A stretch of 64,000 bases of DNA from Piromyces finnis finn (taxonomy: Eukaryota; Fungi; Neocallimastigomycota): NCBI GenBank assembly GCA_002104945.1, contig MCFH01000037.1, positions 1 to 64,000 on the forward strand, in the 5' to 3' direction. The position numbers and the translations under genes were made by a program. This document shows positions 14,154 through 26,400 of this stretch, one piece after another. The stretch's first letter is position 1, and every line of letters begins with the position of its first letter. The notes beneath the pieces were generated by a model. The model saw only the letters and a list, made by a program, of their open reading frames with translations, made no database searches and was not told where the DNA came from.

Positions 14154-16799
14154 ATGCAAGGTAAAAATTAAATTCAAAATAAACGATAATTAAAAAAAAA
14201 AGAGGAATTATAAAAATAAAGGAAAACAAACATTTGAAAGACTATGATAAATTAAAAATATTAAATCACGTTAATAAATATTAATAAGAAAAAGTGTTAA
14301 TAAACAAATTAATAGAAAGAATTTTAATAATAAAATAAGATTTTAATACTTACTATTATAAAGTATAAGATACAATTTAAATAACTAAAAGAAAGGAAAA
14401 CATATTATTCATATTATTTATTTAAAGAAAAAGTTAAAAAAAAAATAATGTTATTAGATATAAAATGTTTGAAATTTAAAAAAAAATTTAAAATAATTTA
14501 GATTGAAACTTAAAATTAAAATTTATAAAATCTTATAGATTAAACATAAGTATTATAATTAATAATCGATTTTTAACTTATATTTATCAATTATATAATA
14601 ATAGTTATTGACGTTGCCAAGTGGATTAAGGAAAACTACACCCCATACGAAGGTGATGATTCTTTCCTTGTTACTGAAGCTTCCAAGAACACCAAGGAAG
14701 TTTGGGACAAATGCTGTGAACTTCGTGCTGAAGAAATCAAGACCAGTGGTTGTCTTGATGTTGACAACAAGACTATTTCTACCGTCAACTCTCACGAAGC
14801 CGGTTATATTATCAAGGAAAAGGAAGACATTGTTGGTTTACAAACTGATGCCCCACTCAAGCGTTCCATCAAGCCATTCGGTGGTGTTCGTGTTGTTAAG
14901 AACGCTTTAAAGGCTTACGATCGTGAAATTGACCCATCTGTTGAAGAAGTTTTCAAGTACCGTAAGACTCACAACGATTGTGTCTTCGATCTTTACACTC
15001 CAGAAATGAGAAAGGCTAGATCTAACGCTATTCTTACTGGTTTACCAGATGGTTATGGTCGTGGTCGTATTATTGGTGATTACCGTCGTGTTGCTTTATA
15101 TGGTGTTGACCAATTAATTGAATGGAAGCAACAAGATAAGCTTTCTCTTGGTATTGAAATGAGCGAAGAAAGCATGCGTACCAGAGAAGAAGTTGCCGAT
15201 CAAATTAAGGCTCTTAATGAATTAAAGGCTCTTGCTCAAAGATATGGTTGTGATGTTTCTAAGCCAGCTACTACCGCTAAGGAAGCTATTCAAGCTACTT
15301 ACTTTGGTTACCTTGCTAGTGTCAAGGACCAAGATGGTGCTGCTATGTCTTTTGGTCGTGTTGATTGTTTCTTCGATGTTTACATTGAAAACGATATTAA
15401 GAAGGGTCTTTTAACTGAAGCTGAAGCTCAAGATTTAATTGATCAATTAATTATTAAGCTTAGATTAGTTCGTCACTTACGTACCCCAGAATACAACGAT
15501 TTATTCGCTGGTGATCCAACCTGGGTTACTATGACTGTTGGTGGTATGACCAAGGAAGGAAAGCCATTAGTTTCTAAGACTTCTTACCGTATTCTTAACA
15601 CTCTTGTTACTCTTGGTGCTGCTCCAGAACCAAACATTACTGTTTTATGGAACAACAAGCTCCCAACTACTTTCAAGCACTACTGTAACAAGATTTCTAT
15701 CCAAACTTCTTCCATTCAATATGAAAACGATAACCTCATGAACGACATGTACGGTGATGATTACTCTATTGCTTGCTGTGTTTCTCAAATGAGACTTGGT
15801 AAGGATATGCAATTCTTCGGTGCTCGTTGTAACTTAGCTAAGCTTTTACTTTACGCTTTCAACCACGGTTACGATGAAAGAACCGAAAAGCAAGTTGGTC
15901 CAGACTTTGGTGACATTAAGTTAAACGAAGATGGTTCTGTTAACTTTGAATCTGCCTGGGAAATTTACGATAAGGCTATGGATTGGATTGCCTGCCTTTA
16001 CGTTAACACTATGAATGCTATTCACTACTCTCACGACAAGTACTGTTACGAAGCTATTCAAATGGCTTTACACGATACTAATGTCCACCGTTACATGGCT
16101 TTCGGTATTGCTGGTTTCTCTGTTATTGTTGATTCTTTCGCTGCTATTAAGTACGCTAAGGTCTTCCCAGTTCGTAACCCAGAAACTGGTTTAACTACTG
16201 ACTTCAAGATTGAAGGTGATTTCCCAAAATTCGGTAACGATGATGAACGTGTTGATAACTTCGCCGTTGAAATTCCAAAGATCTTCCTTGCTAAGTTAAA
16301 GAAGTACCCAGCTTACAGAAACGCTGAACACACCTTATCTATTCTTACTATTACTTCTAACGTTGTTTACGGTAAGAAGACCGGTACTACTCCAGATGGT
16401 CGTAAGGCTGGTGAAGCTTTCGCTCCAGGTTGTAACCCAATGCACGGTCGTGAAACCAACGGTGCCGTTGCTTCTCTCAACTCTGTTAGTAAGGTTGAAT
16501 ATGCCTACTGTAAGGATGGTATTTCCAACACTTTCACTTTCGTTCCAACTGTTTTAGGTAAGATCGACAATGAACGTGTTGCTAACCTTTCTGGTTTATT
16601 AGATGGTTACTTCAGCCAAGGTGGTTTCCACTTAAATGTTAATGTCTTAGTTCGTGAAACCTTAAAGGATGCTATGGTTCACCCAGAACTCTATCCAAAC
16701 TTAACTATTCGTGTTTCAGGTTATGCTGTTCACTTCATTCGTTTAACTCCAGACCAACAAAGAGAAGTTATTGCCAGAACTTTCCACGAAACTCTTTAA
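14154..16799 (+). CDS. pflB: Pyruvate formate-lyase, cytosolic-type, 2 exons (14154-14160, 14605-16799), ~733 aa
   Basis: ATGCAAG|gtaaaa at 14154-14166 and aatag|TTATTGAC at 14604/14605 restore [12 protein letters not shown], exactly as in the intronless paralogues. The frame is open into the 15006-16799 ORF. IACCVS and RVSGY present. Confidence 0.92.
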
Positions 16800-17520
16800 A
16801 TGAATTTCTAATAGGAAAACAAAACTCAATTTGCCATCAAAATAATTAATCCTTTAATTAAAGGATAATTTAATTTAATGGAAAAAAGTAAACAATACTT
16901 TTTATTATTAGCTTTCTCATATAAATCATATAATATATAAAATAATTTAAATCAATAATACACAAAACAACAATATAATTTATTAGTATACAAACAGAAA
17001 AGTAATATCCCTTTTTTTAGATGAAATTAAAAAGCATAAAAAAATAAATTTTTATGTAAATAGAGCAAGATCATTTAATGAAACAATTAAAAAAATTATA
17101 GTTTAATAATTATATAATGTAAAACATTAAAAAATTAAAAATGAATTTTTTTAAACAAGTAATATTTTAATATAAAAGTATAAGGGGGAAAAATAAAAAA
17201 GGAAAATAGTATGGAAGAAAACCTAATTAATATTTTCTTTTTCTTATATTTATATTAATATATTTTTTAATAAAAATAAATATTAAAAAAAAAATAAATA
17301 GAAGTTGTGTTTTAGTGAATTTAGAGTGTTACAAATAATAATATCGTTTTATTTAGAAATATAATTAAAAAAAAAAGAGTATATAAAAATTATTTGGCAA
17401 TATTGAAGATTATAATCACAGATTTTAGTTAAGAGATTGATTCCATGAATGGAGAATTATTTTATATTTTATTCAAGATATCAGTTAAAAATGATAACAG
17501 TTCATTATATATAAAGATAT

Positions 17521-17531
17521 GATTTTGAACA
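17521..17531 (+). repeat. Left target-site duplication GATTTTGAACA
   Basis: The same 11-mer follows the poly(A) of the second LINE at 28871-28881. Confidence 0.85.
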
Positions 17532-17996
17532 TTCTCAAGGGGGTCTACTCATGCTCATGGTACTGAGAGAGTAGAAAGAATTAAATCCAAGTATTGCGCA
17601 ATGGATGCTTGGTGCCCTCTTAGGAACGTGCCTTCATTTATTTAATAATGGAGTTTATCAAGGGGGTCTACTCATGCTCATGGTACTGAGAGAGTAGAAA
17701 GAATTAAATCCAAGCATTGCGCAATGGATGCTTGGTTAGTCTCCCTCTCGGGAACGTGCCTTCATTTATTTAATAAATGTAGTTTCTCAAGGGGGTCTAC
17801 TCATGCTCATGGTACTGAGAGAGTAGAAAGAATTAAATCCAAGTATTGCGCAATGGATGCTTGGTGCCCTCTTAGGAATGTGCCTTCATTTATTTAATAA
17901 ATGTAATTTCTCAAGGGGGTCTACTCATGCTCATGGTACTGAGAGAGTAGAAAGAATTAAATCCAAGCATTGCGCAATGGATGCTTGGTTAGTCTT
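17532..17996 (+). repeat. Array of ~3.7 monomers (123-129 bp, alternating A/B types) at the LINE 5' end
   Basis: CAAGGGGGTCTACTCATGCTCATGGTACTGAGAGAGTAGAAAG starts at 17536, 17659, 17788 and 17912. The array lies inside the TSD. Confidence 0.9.
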
Positions 17997-20900
17997 CAAG
18001 GGAAAATTATTAGGACTAAGCTCATGGTACTGAGCGATTAAAAAACATTTTATTCATCAAATTTAAGTATTTGATGAATAAGTGAATGTTTGATTTTTCA
18101 GGTAAGTTTGTATAGTATTTAATTAGAAGAGTAATACATTTTGTTGCTGTATTTTTTCTTTTATTCATGTATTCATGTAGTACTACTCTTCTCTTGTAAG
18201 AATCCAATGTAGTCAACTTTAGCATTTGCATTGTACTTTTATATTCATGTAGCTATTGTTGTATTGTTTCTTGTAAGAGACTGATTCACTCTACATCATG
18301 TAAAAATACTATTCACAAGCTTTCTGGTGTCGACATTCTTGATTCAAATTTTTTACCAATTTAAATATTTAATGAAAAGTAAAGTCAAACAAGTTTAGTG
18401 TCAAAAAGCGATTCGAATTTACTAACAACAAACCAAAACTAGAATTTTTAAAGAAAATTTACAACTAGAATTCAAAAAAAAGAAACTTTAAACAAAGCAT
18501 CGTAACAATTTTTGTACTATCCAGTACTTTTAAGAAGAGAGAGAGAGACAGATTTTTTTCCATATACGTTATATTTGTAATTTTTATTAGTATTTATTTT
18601 ATATTCAATATTTTTTAATTAGAATTTATTATCATGTCAGTCCTTTATATTAAAGATAAGAATTATATCAGACGTGGTACCCGGTCTTATGGTATCCCCT
18701 TAGATGATATTCGCTCCTTCTTTATCCGTGGTATTCGATCATGGTCAGTAAATATGCTATGGGAAAAACTCGAGGTTATTCTAGAAGATAAATTTAATTC
18801 AGTTATTAGTGTTAAATATTTTCAAACTTTCAATGATCACTTTTTCTTAGTCAAGGTTCATGGTTCATCAAAAGATTGTATTAAAATCTTACACATGTTA
18901 AAGAAGAAACTTTCAGTTACCTCAATTTCCTTTTCAGCTCGTAGTAGAAGGAATCACAAATACACTTTTTCCACTCTCAAACGTAAAATTTTAGTTTCTA
19001 ATAAACATCAACATTCTATTCAACAATCATTTCAACAATCAGTTCAACAATCAGTTCAACAATCTCATCAACAATCCGATCTTCAACAAGATCTTCAACA
19101 GGATCTTCAACAAGTTTCCCATCATGAAAATATTCCAGATCTACAGCAAACACAATTTCAATCTCAACATTCAACAATTAATTCTAATAGTTCTATCAAC
19201 TCTGATAACAGTTCAATAGTTGATAGTTCTTCAGTTTCACAGCCATCTAGTAATAGTTCTACTTATTCCTCTGATGCATCATCCATTAATAACGATGACT
19301 TTAATAATAATAATAATAGCAACGATTCTTCCTCATCCAACAAGCCTGATAACTTTTCTTTTTGTCTTAGTTGGAACACCAATGGGTGGAATCATGAAAA
19401 GAGAGATAGTATTAGCTATTTCACAGCTATTTTCAAACCATTATTCTTATGTTTCCAAGAAACTGGTAATGGTTCTGGATCGAATACAGATTATCCTTGT
19501 CGTGTTACTTTGCGAAACTATAGACACTTTTTCAAGAAAGCTGACGAATCAGTTCCTGGAATGAGAGGTTTATATTTAGGTTTTCACAATTCGTGTCAAG
19601 CCTCACTTGAAAACTTCTCTGGAAAGTATATTATTTCTATTTATACTTTTAGTCTCTGGAATAGATTCAAATGCTCGATTGGAAATGTTTATATGCCTCA
19701 TAGTCATCACAACATCTATGTTGATCATGCAAAGTTAGAAGTTCGCTTGTGGTTACAAACTCATTCATCCCATCCATCGATTCTTGTTGGTGATTTTAAT
19801 ATGTCTAAAGTAAAATTATCCAACTGGTTATCAACTAATGGATTAGGAGATTGGGAAATTCTTCCGCTTAGAGGGTCTACTATCTCTTGGACTCGAGGTG
19901 ATCAATCTTCCGACATTGACCATGCTCTTATCAATTCGAAGATGAAAGATCTTATTCACTCAGGATCATTTATAAATAATTTTTATCCTGTATCAGACCA
20001 TAAGCCACTTCTTATTAATGGTAAAATTATTCCTATGGAAGATTTTTCTAATGACTTTAATGTTCCTAAGAAAATTCTGAAATGGAATAGATTAAAATGT
20101 ATTGAGGAAAAGGAATCTATTCTCAGTCATAATAAATTCCAAATACTTTCAGCAAAATCCAACGATCCTAATGTTTCTACAGATGAACTTTCCAAAGAGT
20201 TTACTTCAACTGCTTTTTCAATTGCAGACGAGCTCAGTATTACTTCAGCAAATAATGTTATAAAGTCTTCATTTCATATTTCACAACAAATTTTTAATCT
20301 CCAAAAAATCAAAATGAAGTTGTATAAGAGATTTAAAAAAGAAAGAATTTATGATATAGATGAATTTATTAAAAGAATTAAAATCTACCGTAAGCTCATT
20401 GATTACATCCACAAAAGATGTAATGAATTTAGGAAACAAGAATATCTTCATTGGATTAAAACAGGATGTGAGTATATGAAGAGTCATAATCCTAAGAAGG
20501 CCTGGAAATGGATCAAGAAAACTGCAAAAATTGGAAAAGATTCTTTCTTTATTGCTCAACCAATTAAAAACAAAAATGGAGAATTAGTTGTTGCTACGGA
20601 AGAACAACTAGATGTGTGGCATGATCATTTCGAAAAGCTTGCATCAGATCCAAGTGGTGTAAGTCTTGATTTGGAGCATTGGTATGAAGAACCAACGAAT
20701 AAACGTTTTTCACTCCCTATGCTTGATGAATGGGATATCAACCAAGATATTAGTATTGATGAAGTCAAGTCAGCTATCCTCTCTACTCCGAATTATAAAG
20801 CATCAGGTCCGGATGGTATTCCAATTGAATTTTACAAAGCATTAATTCCATCAAGTAATGATTCTAATAATGCTACAGATAATAATTCTTCCGGTAATAC

Positions 20901-23395
20901 CACTTCAGATAATGATGCTTATGGTTTAAATTTTATTCTTAAATTATTCAACCGTATTTGGGATGGAGACTTCCCCAACTCATGGAATGAATCCAGTATT
21001 GTTTCCATTCCTAAGAAGGGAGATTTGACAGATTGTGATAACTATCGAGGTATATCACTTATCAATAATGGTATTAAGTTGATTTCCAAAATTGTCACCA
21101 CTAGAATCTCAGAATATGGTCTAAAGAATAATTTCATTAGACCTGAACAATTTGGTTTTCGAAAAAAGGAAGAAAGTATCAGTCTTTTCATTTCAATCCA
21201 AGAAATATGCCGTAGACGTCAATTAGATAATAAAGAGACATATTTGGCCTTTTTAGATCTCAGGAAAGCATACGATTCAGTCCCAATCGGTAATATTCTC
21301 CATAAATTAGATTGTTTAGGAATCCGAGGTAAGAGTTTACAATTCATCAAAAATTTATATTTAACATCTAAGGCTAATGTCAAATTAGATGGACAATTCT
21401 CGAAATCTTTTGATGTGAAGAAAGGAGTCCGTCAAGGATGCCCTCTTTCTCCTATTCTCTTTAATCTCTTTATTAATGATATATTTAAAGAGTGTGAAGA
21501 TCTCGGAGTCAGTTTAGGTGACACTCGATGCTGTGGTGGACTTTTTGCAGATGATATAGTTATTTGTGCTCCAACAAGAGGATGCTTAAAAAAGATGCTT
21601 AGAAGAGTTAATGAATGGGCCTTGTATAATGAAATGGAATTTGGTATCCAGAAGTGTTCAACGATGGTGATTCGTCCTGAATCAATAGAAAATCAGAACA
21701 AGAGAGATCCAACATTTTACTTAGCAGGACAACCCATTCCAACTACTGATTGTTATACTTATCTTGGTGTTCCATTTGATAAGAATCTGTCCCTTAAACC
21801 AGTTATTAAAGCTCTTAATAACAAGGTTTTGAAAGGGCTTTTTTCAGTCAGTAAATTCTTAAGAAATCCTAATATTCCTATTCCCTTCAAAAAGCTAGTA
21901 CTTAACTCACAAGTGATTAGCAGAGTTTCATACTTTGCACCATTACTTGGATCCAACAAAGCCAGGTCTAGAATTGCACAGAAGCATGTTAACAAAGGAA
22001 TACGATGGGTTGCCGGAGTTCATAAAGCTGTATCGTTTATATCTTTATACTCTATTTCAAAAGATTTGAATATTCCTCCATTGTCAGCCAAATGTGCATT
22101 AGCTCAGGTTAGATGTTTTAACAAATGGAAAAACTCAAATTGTATTATCTCATACCTTGTCAATTACATTCCTAAATTTAGAAAATACACGTGGTGCAAA
22201 TCAAGTAGGACACTTGATAAAAAACTAAAGAAACATGGAGATGTTAAAGCAGTTAAAAACTTTTATTGGAAAGATCTCAAAGGGAATTCAATCAAAGCGC
22301 AATATTATGATGATAATAAGTTTATTGAAACTAAAGATTTTATTAAATTATGTTATGAGTACCCAGAGTTTGCCTATGGCTTCTACTGGCTATTGAAAGC
22401 AAGAAGCGGATACAAGTTGGATGCTAGAGTTGCCAAAGCTGCCAAATTTGTTGATCCAGTTTGTCCTAACTACTGTCCATGTTGCAAGTGTGGAGATCAA
22501 AGTATTAAACATTGGTTATTAGATTGTCCAACATTTAGAGATATCCGTATTAAACATTATGATTCCATAGTCCAGCTATTAAATTTTTTCAGTCAACGTA
22601 ATTCCAATAGTCCTATCAATAATAATGAAATTGATAATATCAGTAGAGATAGTAATAATATTAATAGTAATAGTAACAATAGTAATAATAACAATAGTAA
22701 TAGTAACAATAGTAATAATAACAATAGTAGTAATAGAAATAATAATATTAGTAATGATAGCAATAGTGAAGATAATAATTCTAATTTAGATAGTAATTTA
22801 GTTAATGACAGTATTAGTTCTAATAATCCGGTGAATATTAATGTGTATGATTATTCTAGTGTGTGCAGTAAAATATTTAAATTCCTTCTTGGGGGAAGAA
22901 GTTTTAACAATATCAATTACAATTCAAGGGAATGGAAAGAACTTTGTAAGCGTCAGATTCAATCTGGTACTAATGAAGGAACACCATTCTTGACGGTAAC
23001 CGCGGAACTTCTAACCAAAATCATGCCTTTTGCTATTGGCCAGCAATGGTCAATGTTCAAAAGGTTTGAAGCAACATCCAAGAGCGTCAATGCTGAAGAA
23101 ACAGTAAGACAGGCCAGGAGGGCCAGCGCAACCAATGGAGATCATAATTTTGTCCCATGATAAAATTTTGATCTTTGGCTCGGTGTCCCATTGGAAGTCA
23201 AATACAATTATTATACTTTAGTATGATAGTGGCTTTCTTACTTTAATTAAAATTACTAGAATACATTATACCCAATTTTTATTCATTTGTGTTTATTTAA
23301 ACATATTTTTTTTATTTTTATTTTATTTTAATTTTTATATTTCATGTATTATAATTTTAATTAAATTAATAATAAAGTTTAAAATATTTGATGCC

Positions 23396-23435
<40 letters not shown>
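17997..23435 (+). mobile_element. Non-LTR retrotransposon (LINE) copy A
   Basis: Single intact long ORF, 3'UTR and an uninterrupted 37-nt poly(A) (23399-23435). Confidence 0.95.
18634..23160 (+). CDS. LINE polyprotein: N-terminal region, APE endonuclease, reverse transcriptase, C-terminal Cys/His finger (1508 aa)
   Basis: APE motifs WNTNG, LCFQET, GDFN, SDIDH, SDHKP. RT motifs YRGISL, QFGFR, FLDLRKAYDSV, GVRQGCPLSP, LFADD. Finger CPCCKCGDQSIKHWLLDC. Confidence 0.95.
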   Translation: MSVLYIKDKNYIRRGTRSYGIPLDDIRSFFIRGIRSWSVNMLWEKLEVILEDKFNSVISVKYFQTFNDHFFLVKVHGSSKDCIKILHMLKKKLSVTSISFSARSRRNHKYTFSTLKRKILVSNKHQHSIQQSFQQSVQQSVQQSHQQSDLQQDLQQDLQQVSHHENIPDLQQTQFQSQHSTINSNSSINSDNSSIVDSSSVSQPSSNSSTYSSDASSINNDDFNNNNNSNDSSSSNKPDNFSFCLSWNTNGWNHEKRDSISYFTAIFKPLFLCFQETGNGSGSNTDYPCRVTLRNYRHFFKKADESVPGMRGLYLGFHNSCQASLENFSGKYIISIYTFSLWNRFKCSIGNVYMPHSHHNIYVDHAKLEVRLWLQTHSSHPSILVGDFNMSKVKLSNWLSTNGLGDWEILPLRGSTISWTRGDQSSDIDHALINSKMKDLIHSGSFINNFYPVSDHKPLLINGKIIPMEDFSNDFNVPKKILKWNRLKCIEEKESILSHNKFQILSAKSNDPNVSTDELSKEFTSTAFSIADELSITSANNVIKSSFHISQQIFNLQKIKMKLYKRFKKERIYDIDEFIKRIKIYRKLIDYIHKRCNEFRKQEYLHWIKTGCEYMKSHNPKKAWKWIKKTAKIGKDSFFIAQPIKNKNGELVVATEEQLDVWHDHFEKLASDPSGVSLDLEHWYEEPTNKRFSLPMLDEWDINQDISIDEVKSAILSTPNYKASGPDGIPIEFYKALIPSSNDSNNATDNNSSGNTTSDNDAYGLNFILKLFNRIWDGDFPNSWNESSIVSIPKKGDLTDCDNYRGISLINNGIKLISKIVTTRISEYGLKNNFIRPEQFGFRKKEESISLFISIQEICRRRQLDNKETYLAFLDLRKAYDSVPIGNILHKLDCLGIRGKSLQFIKNLYLTSKANVKLDGQFSKSFDVKKGVRQGCPLSPILFNLFINDIFKECEDLGVSLGDTRCCGGLFADDIVICAPTRGCLKKMLRRVNEWALYNEMEFGIQKCSTMVIRPESIENQNKRDPTFYLAGQPIPTTDCYTYLGVPFDKNLSLKPVIKALNNKVLKGLFSVSKFLRNPNIPIPFKKLVLNSQVISRVSYFAPLLGSNKARSRIAQKHVNKGIRWVAGVHKAVSFISLYSISKDLNIPPLSAKCALAQVRCFNKWKNSNCIISYLVNYIPKFRKYTWCKSSRTLDKKLKKHGDVKAVKNFYWKDLKGNSIKAQYYDDNKFIETKDFIKLCYEYPEFAYGFYWLLKARSGYKLDARVAKAAKFVDPVCPNYCPCCKCGDQSIKHWLLDCPTFRDIRIKHYDSIVQLLNFFSQRNSNSPINNNEIDNISRDSNNINSNSNNSNNNNSNSNNSNNNNSSNRNNNISNDSNSEDNNSNLDSNLVNDSISSNNPVNINVYDYSSVCSKIFKFLLGGRSFNNINYNSREWKELCKRQIQSGTNEGTPFLTVTAELLTKIMPFAIGQQWSMFKRFEATSKSVNAEETVRQARRASATNGDHNFVP

Positions 23436-23438
<3 letters not shown>

Positions 23439-26400
23439 TGGTTAGTCTTTAAGGGAAAATTATTAGGACTAAGCTCATGATACTGAGCGATTAAAAAACA
23501 TTTTATTCATCGAATTAAGTATTTGATGAATAAGTTGAATGTTTGATATTCAGGTAAGTTTGTATAGTATTTAATTAGAAGAGTAATACATTTTGTTGCT
23601 GTATTTTTCTTTTATTCATGTATTCATGTAGTACTACTCTTCTCTTGTAAGAATCCAATGTAGTCAACTTTAGCATTTGCATTGTATTTTTATATTCATG
23701 TAGCTATTGTTGTATTGTTTCTTGTAAGAGACTGATTCACTCTACATCATGTAAAAATACTATTCACAAGCTTTCTGGTGTCGACATTCTTGATTCAAAT
23801 TTTTTACCAATTTAAATATTTAATGAAAAGTAAAGTCAAACAAGTTTAGTGTCAAAAAGCGATTCGAATTTACTAACAACAAACCAAAACTAGAATTTTA
23901 AAGAAAATTTACAACTAGAATTCAAAAAAAGAAACTTTAAACAAAGCATCGTAACAATTTTTGTACTATCCAGTACTTTTAAGAAGAGAGAGAGAGACAG
24001 ATTTTTTTTCCATATACGTTATATTTATAATTTTTATTAGTATTTATTTTATATTCAATATTTTTAATTAGAATTTATTATCATGTCAGTCCTTTATATT
24101 AAAGACAAGAATTATATCAGACGTGGTACCCGGTCTTATGGTATCCCCTTAGATGATATTCGCTCCTTCTTTATCCGTGGTATTCGATCATGGTCAGTAA
24201 ATATGCTATGGGAAAAACTCGAGGTTATTCTAGAAGATAAATTTAATTCAGTTATTAGTGTTAAATATTTTCAGACTTTCAATGATCACTTTTTCTTAGT
24301 CAAGGTTCATGGTTCATCAAAAGATTGTATTAAAATCTTACACATGTTAAAGAAGAAACTTTCAGTTACCTCAATTTCCTTTTCAGCTCGTAGTAGAAGG
24401 AATCACAAATACACTTTTTCCACTCTCAAACGTAAAATTTTAGTTTCTAATAAACATCAACATTCTATTCAACAATCATTTCAACAATCAGTTCAACAAT
24501 CTCATCAACAATCCGATCTTCAACTAGATCTTCAACAAGATCTTCAACAAGTTTCCCATCATGAAAATATTCCAGATCTACAGCAAACACAATTTCAATC
24601 TCAACATTCAACAATTAATTCTAATAGTTCTATCAACTCTGATAACAGTTCAATAGTTGATAGTTCTTCAGTTTCACAGCCATCTAGTAATAGTTCTACT
24701 TATTCCTCTGATGCATCATCCATTAATAATGATGACTTTAATAATAATAATAATAGCAACGATTCTTCCTCATCCAACAAGCCTGATAACTTTTCTTTTT
24801 GTCTTAGTTGGAACACCAATGGGTGGAATCACGAAAAGAGAGATAGTATTAGCTATTTCACAGCTATTTTCAAACCATTATTTTTATGTTTCCAAGAAAC
24901 TGGTAATGGTTCTGGATCGAATACAGATTATCCTTGTCGTGTTACTTTGCGAAACTATAGACACTTTTTCAAGAAAGCTGATGAATCAGTTCCGGGAATG
25001 AGAGGTTTATATTTAGGTTTTCACAATTCATGTCAAGCCTCACTTGAAAACTTCTCTGGAAAGTATATTATTTCTATTTATACTTTTAGTCTCTGGAATA
25101 GATTCAAATGCTCGATTGGAAATGTTTATATGCCTCATAGTCATCACAACATCTATGTTGATCATGCAAAGTTAGAAGTTCGCTTGTGGTTACAAACTCA
25201 TTCATCCCATCCATCGATTCTTGTTGGTGATTTTAATATGTCTAAAGTAAAATTATCCAACTGGTTATCAACTAATGGATTAGGAGATTGGGAAATTCTT
25301 CCGCTTAGAGGGTCTACTATCTCTTGGACTCGAGGTGATCAATCTTCCGACATTGACCATGCTCTTATCAATTCGAAGATGAAAGATCTTATTCACTCAG
25401 GATCATTTATAAATAATTTTTATCCTGTATCAGACCATAAGCCACTTCTTATTAATGGTAAAATTATTCCTATGGAAGATTTTTCTAATGACTTTAATGT
25501 TCCTAAGAAAATTCTGAAATGGAATAGATTAAAATGTATTGAGGAAAAGGAATCTATTCTCAGTCATAATAAATTCCAAATACTTTCAGCAAAATTCAAC
25601 GATCCTAATGTTTCTACAGATGAACTTTCCAAAGAGGTTACTTCAACTGCTTTTTCAATTGCAGACGAGCTCAGTATTACTTCAGCAAATAATGTTATAA
25701 AGTCTTCATTTCATATTTCACAACAAATTTTTAATCTTCAAAAAATCAAAATGAAGTTGTATAAGAGATTTAAAAAAGAAAGAATTTATGATATAGATGA
25801 ATTTATTAAAAGAATTAAAATCTACCGTAAACTCATTGATTACATCCACAAAAGATGTAATGAATTTAGGAAGCAAGAATATCTTCATTGGATTAAAACA
25901 GGATGTGAGTATATGAAGAGTCATAATCCTAAGAAGGCCTGGAAATGGATCAAGAAAACTGCAAAAATTGGAAAAGATTCTTTCTTTATTGCTCAACCAA
26001 TTAAAAATAAAAATGGAGAATTAGTTGTTGCTACGGAAGAACAACTAGATGTGTGGCATGATCATTTCGAAAACCTTGCATCAGATCCAAGTGGTGTAAG
26101 TCTTGATTTGGAGCATTGGTATGAAGAACCAACGAATAAACGTTTTTCACTTCCTATGCTTGATGAGTGGGATATCAACCAAGATATTAGTATTGATGAA
26201 GTCAAGTCAGCTATCCTCACTACTCCAAATTATAAAGCATCAGGTCCGGATGGTATTCCAATTGAATTTTACAAAGCATTAGTTCCATCAAGTAATGATT
26301 CTAATAAGGCTACAGATAATAATTCTTCTGGTAATACTACTTCAGATAATGATGCTCATGGTTTAAATTTTATTCTTAAATTATTCAACCGTATTTGGGA

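Noticed and set aside
14608-15005. Apparent frameshift or truncation of the PFL starting at 15006
   Set aside because: The PFL frame is open from 14605, and the start is a 7-nt exon at 14154. ORF 14608-14910 is an off-frame shadow.
17532-17996. CRISPR-like array or host snRNA/5S target repeat
   Set aside because: The units are full ~125-bp tandem copies with no unique spacers, there are no cas genes, and no match to U2 or 5S was recognised. They lie inside the TSD, so they belong to the element.
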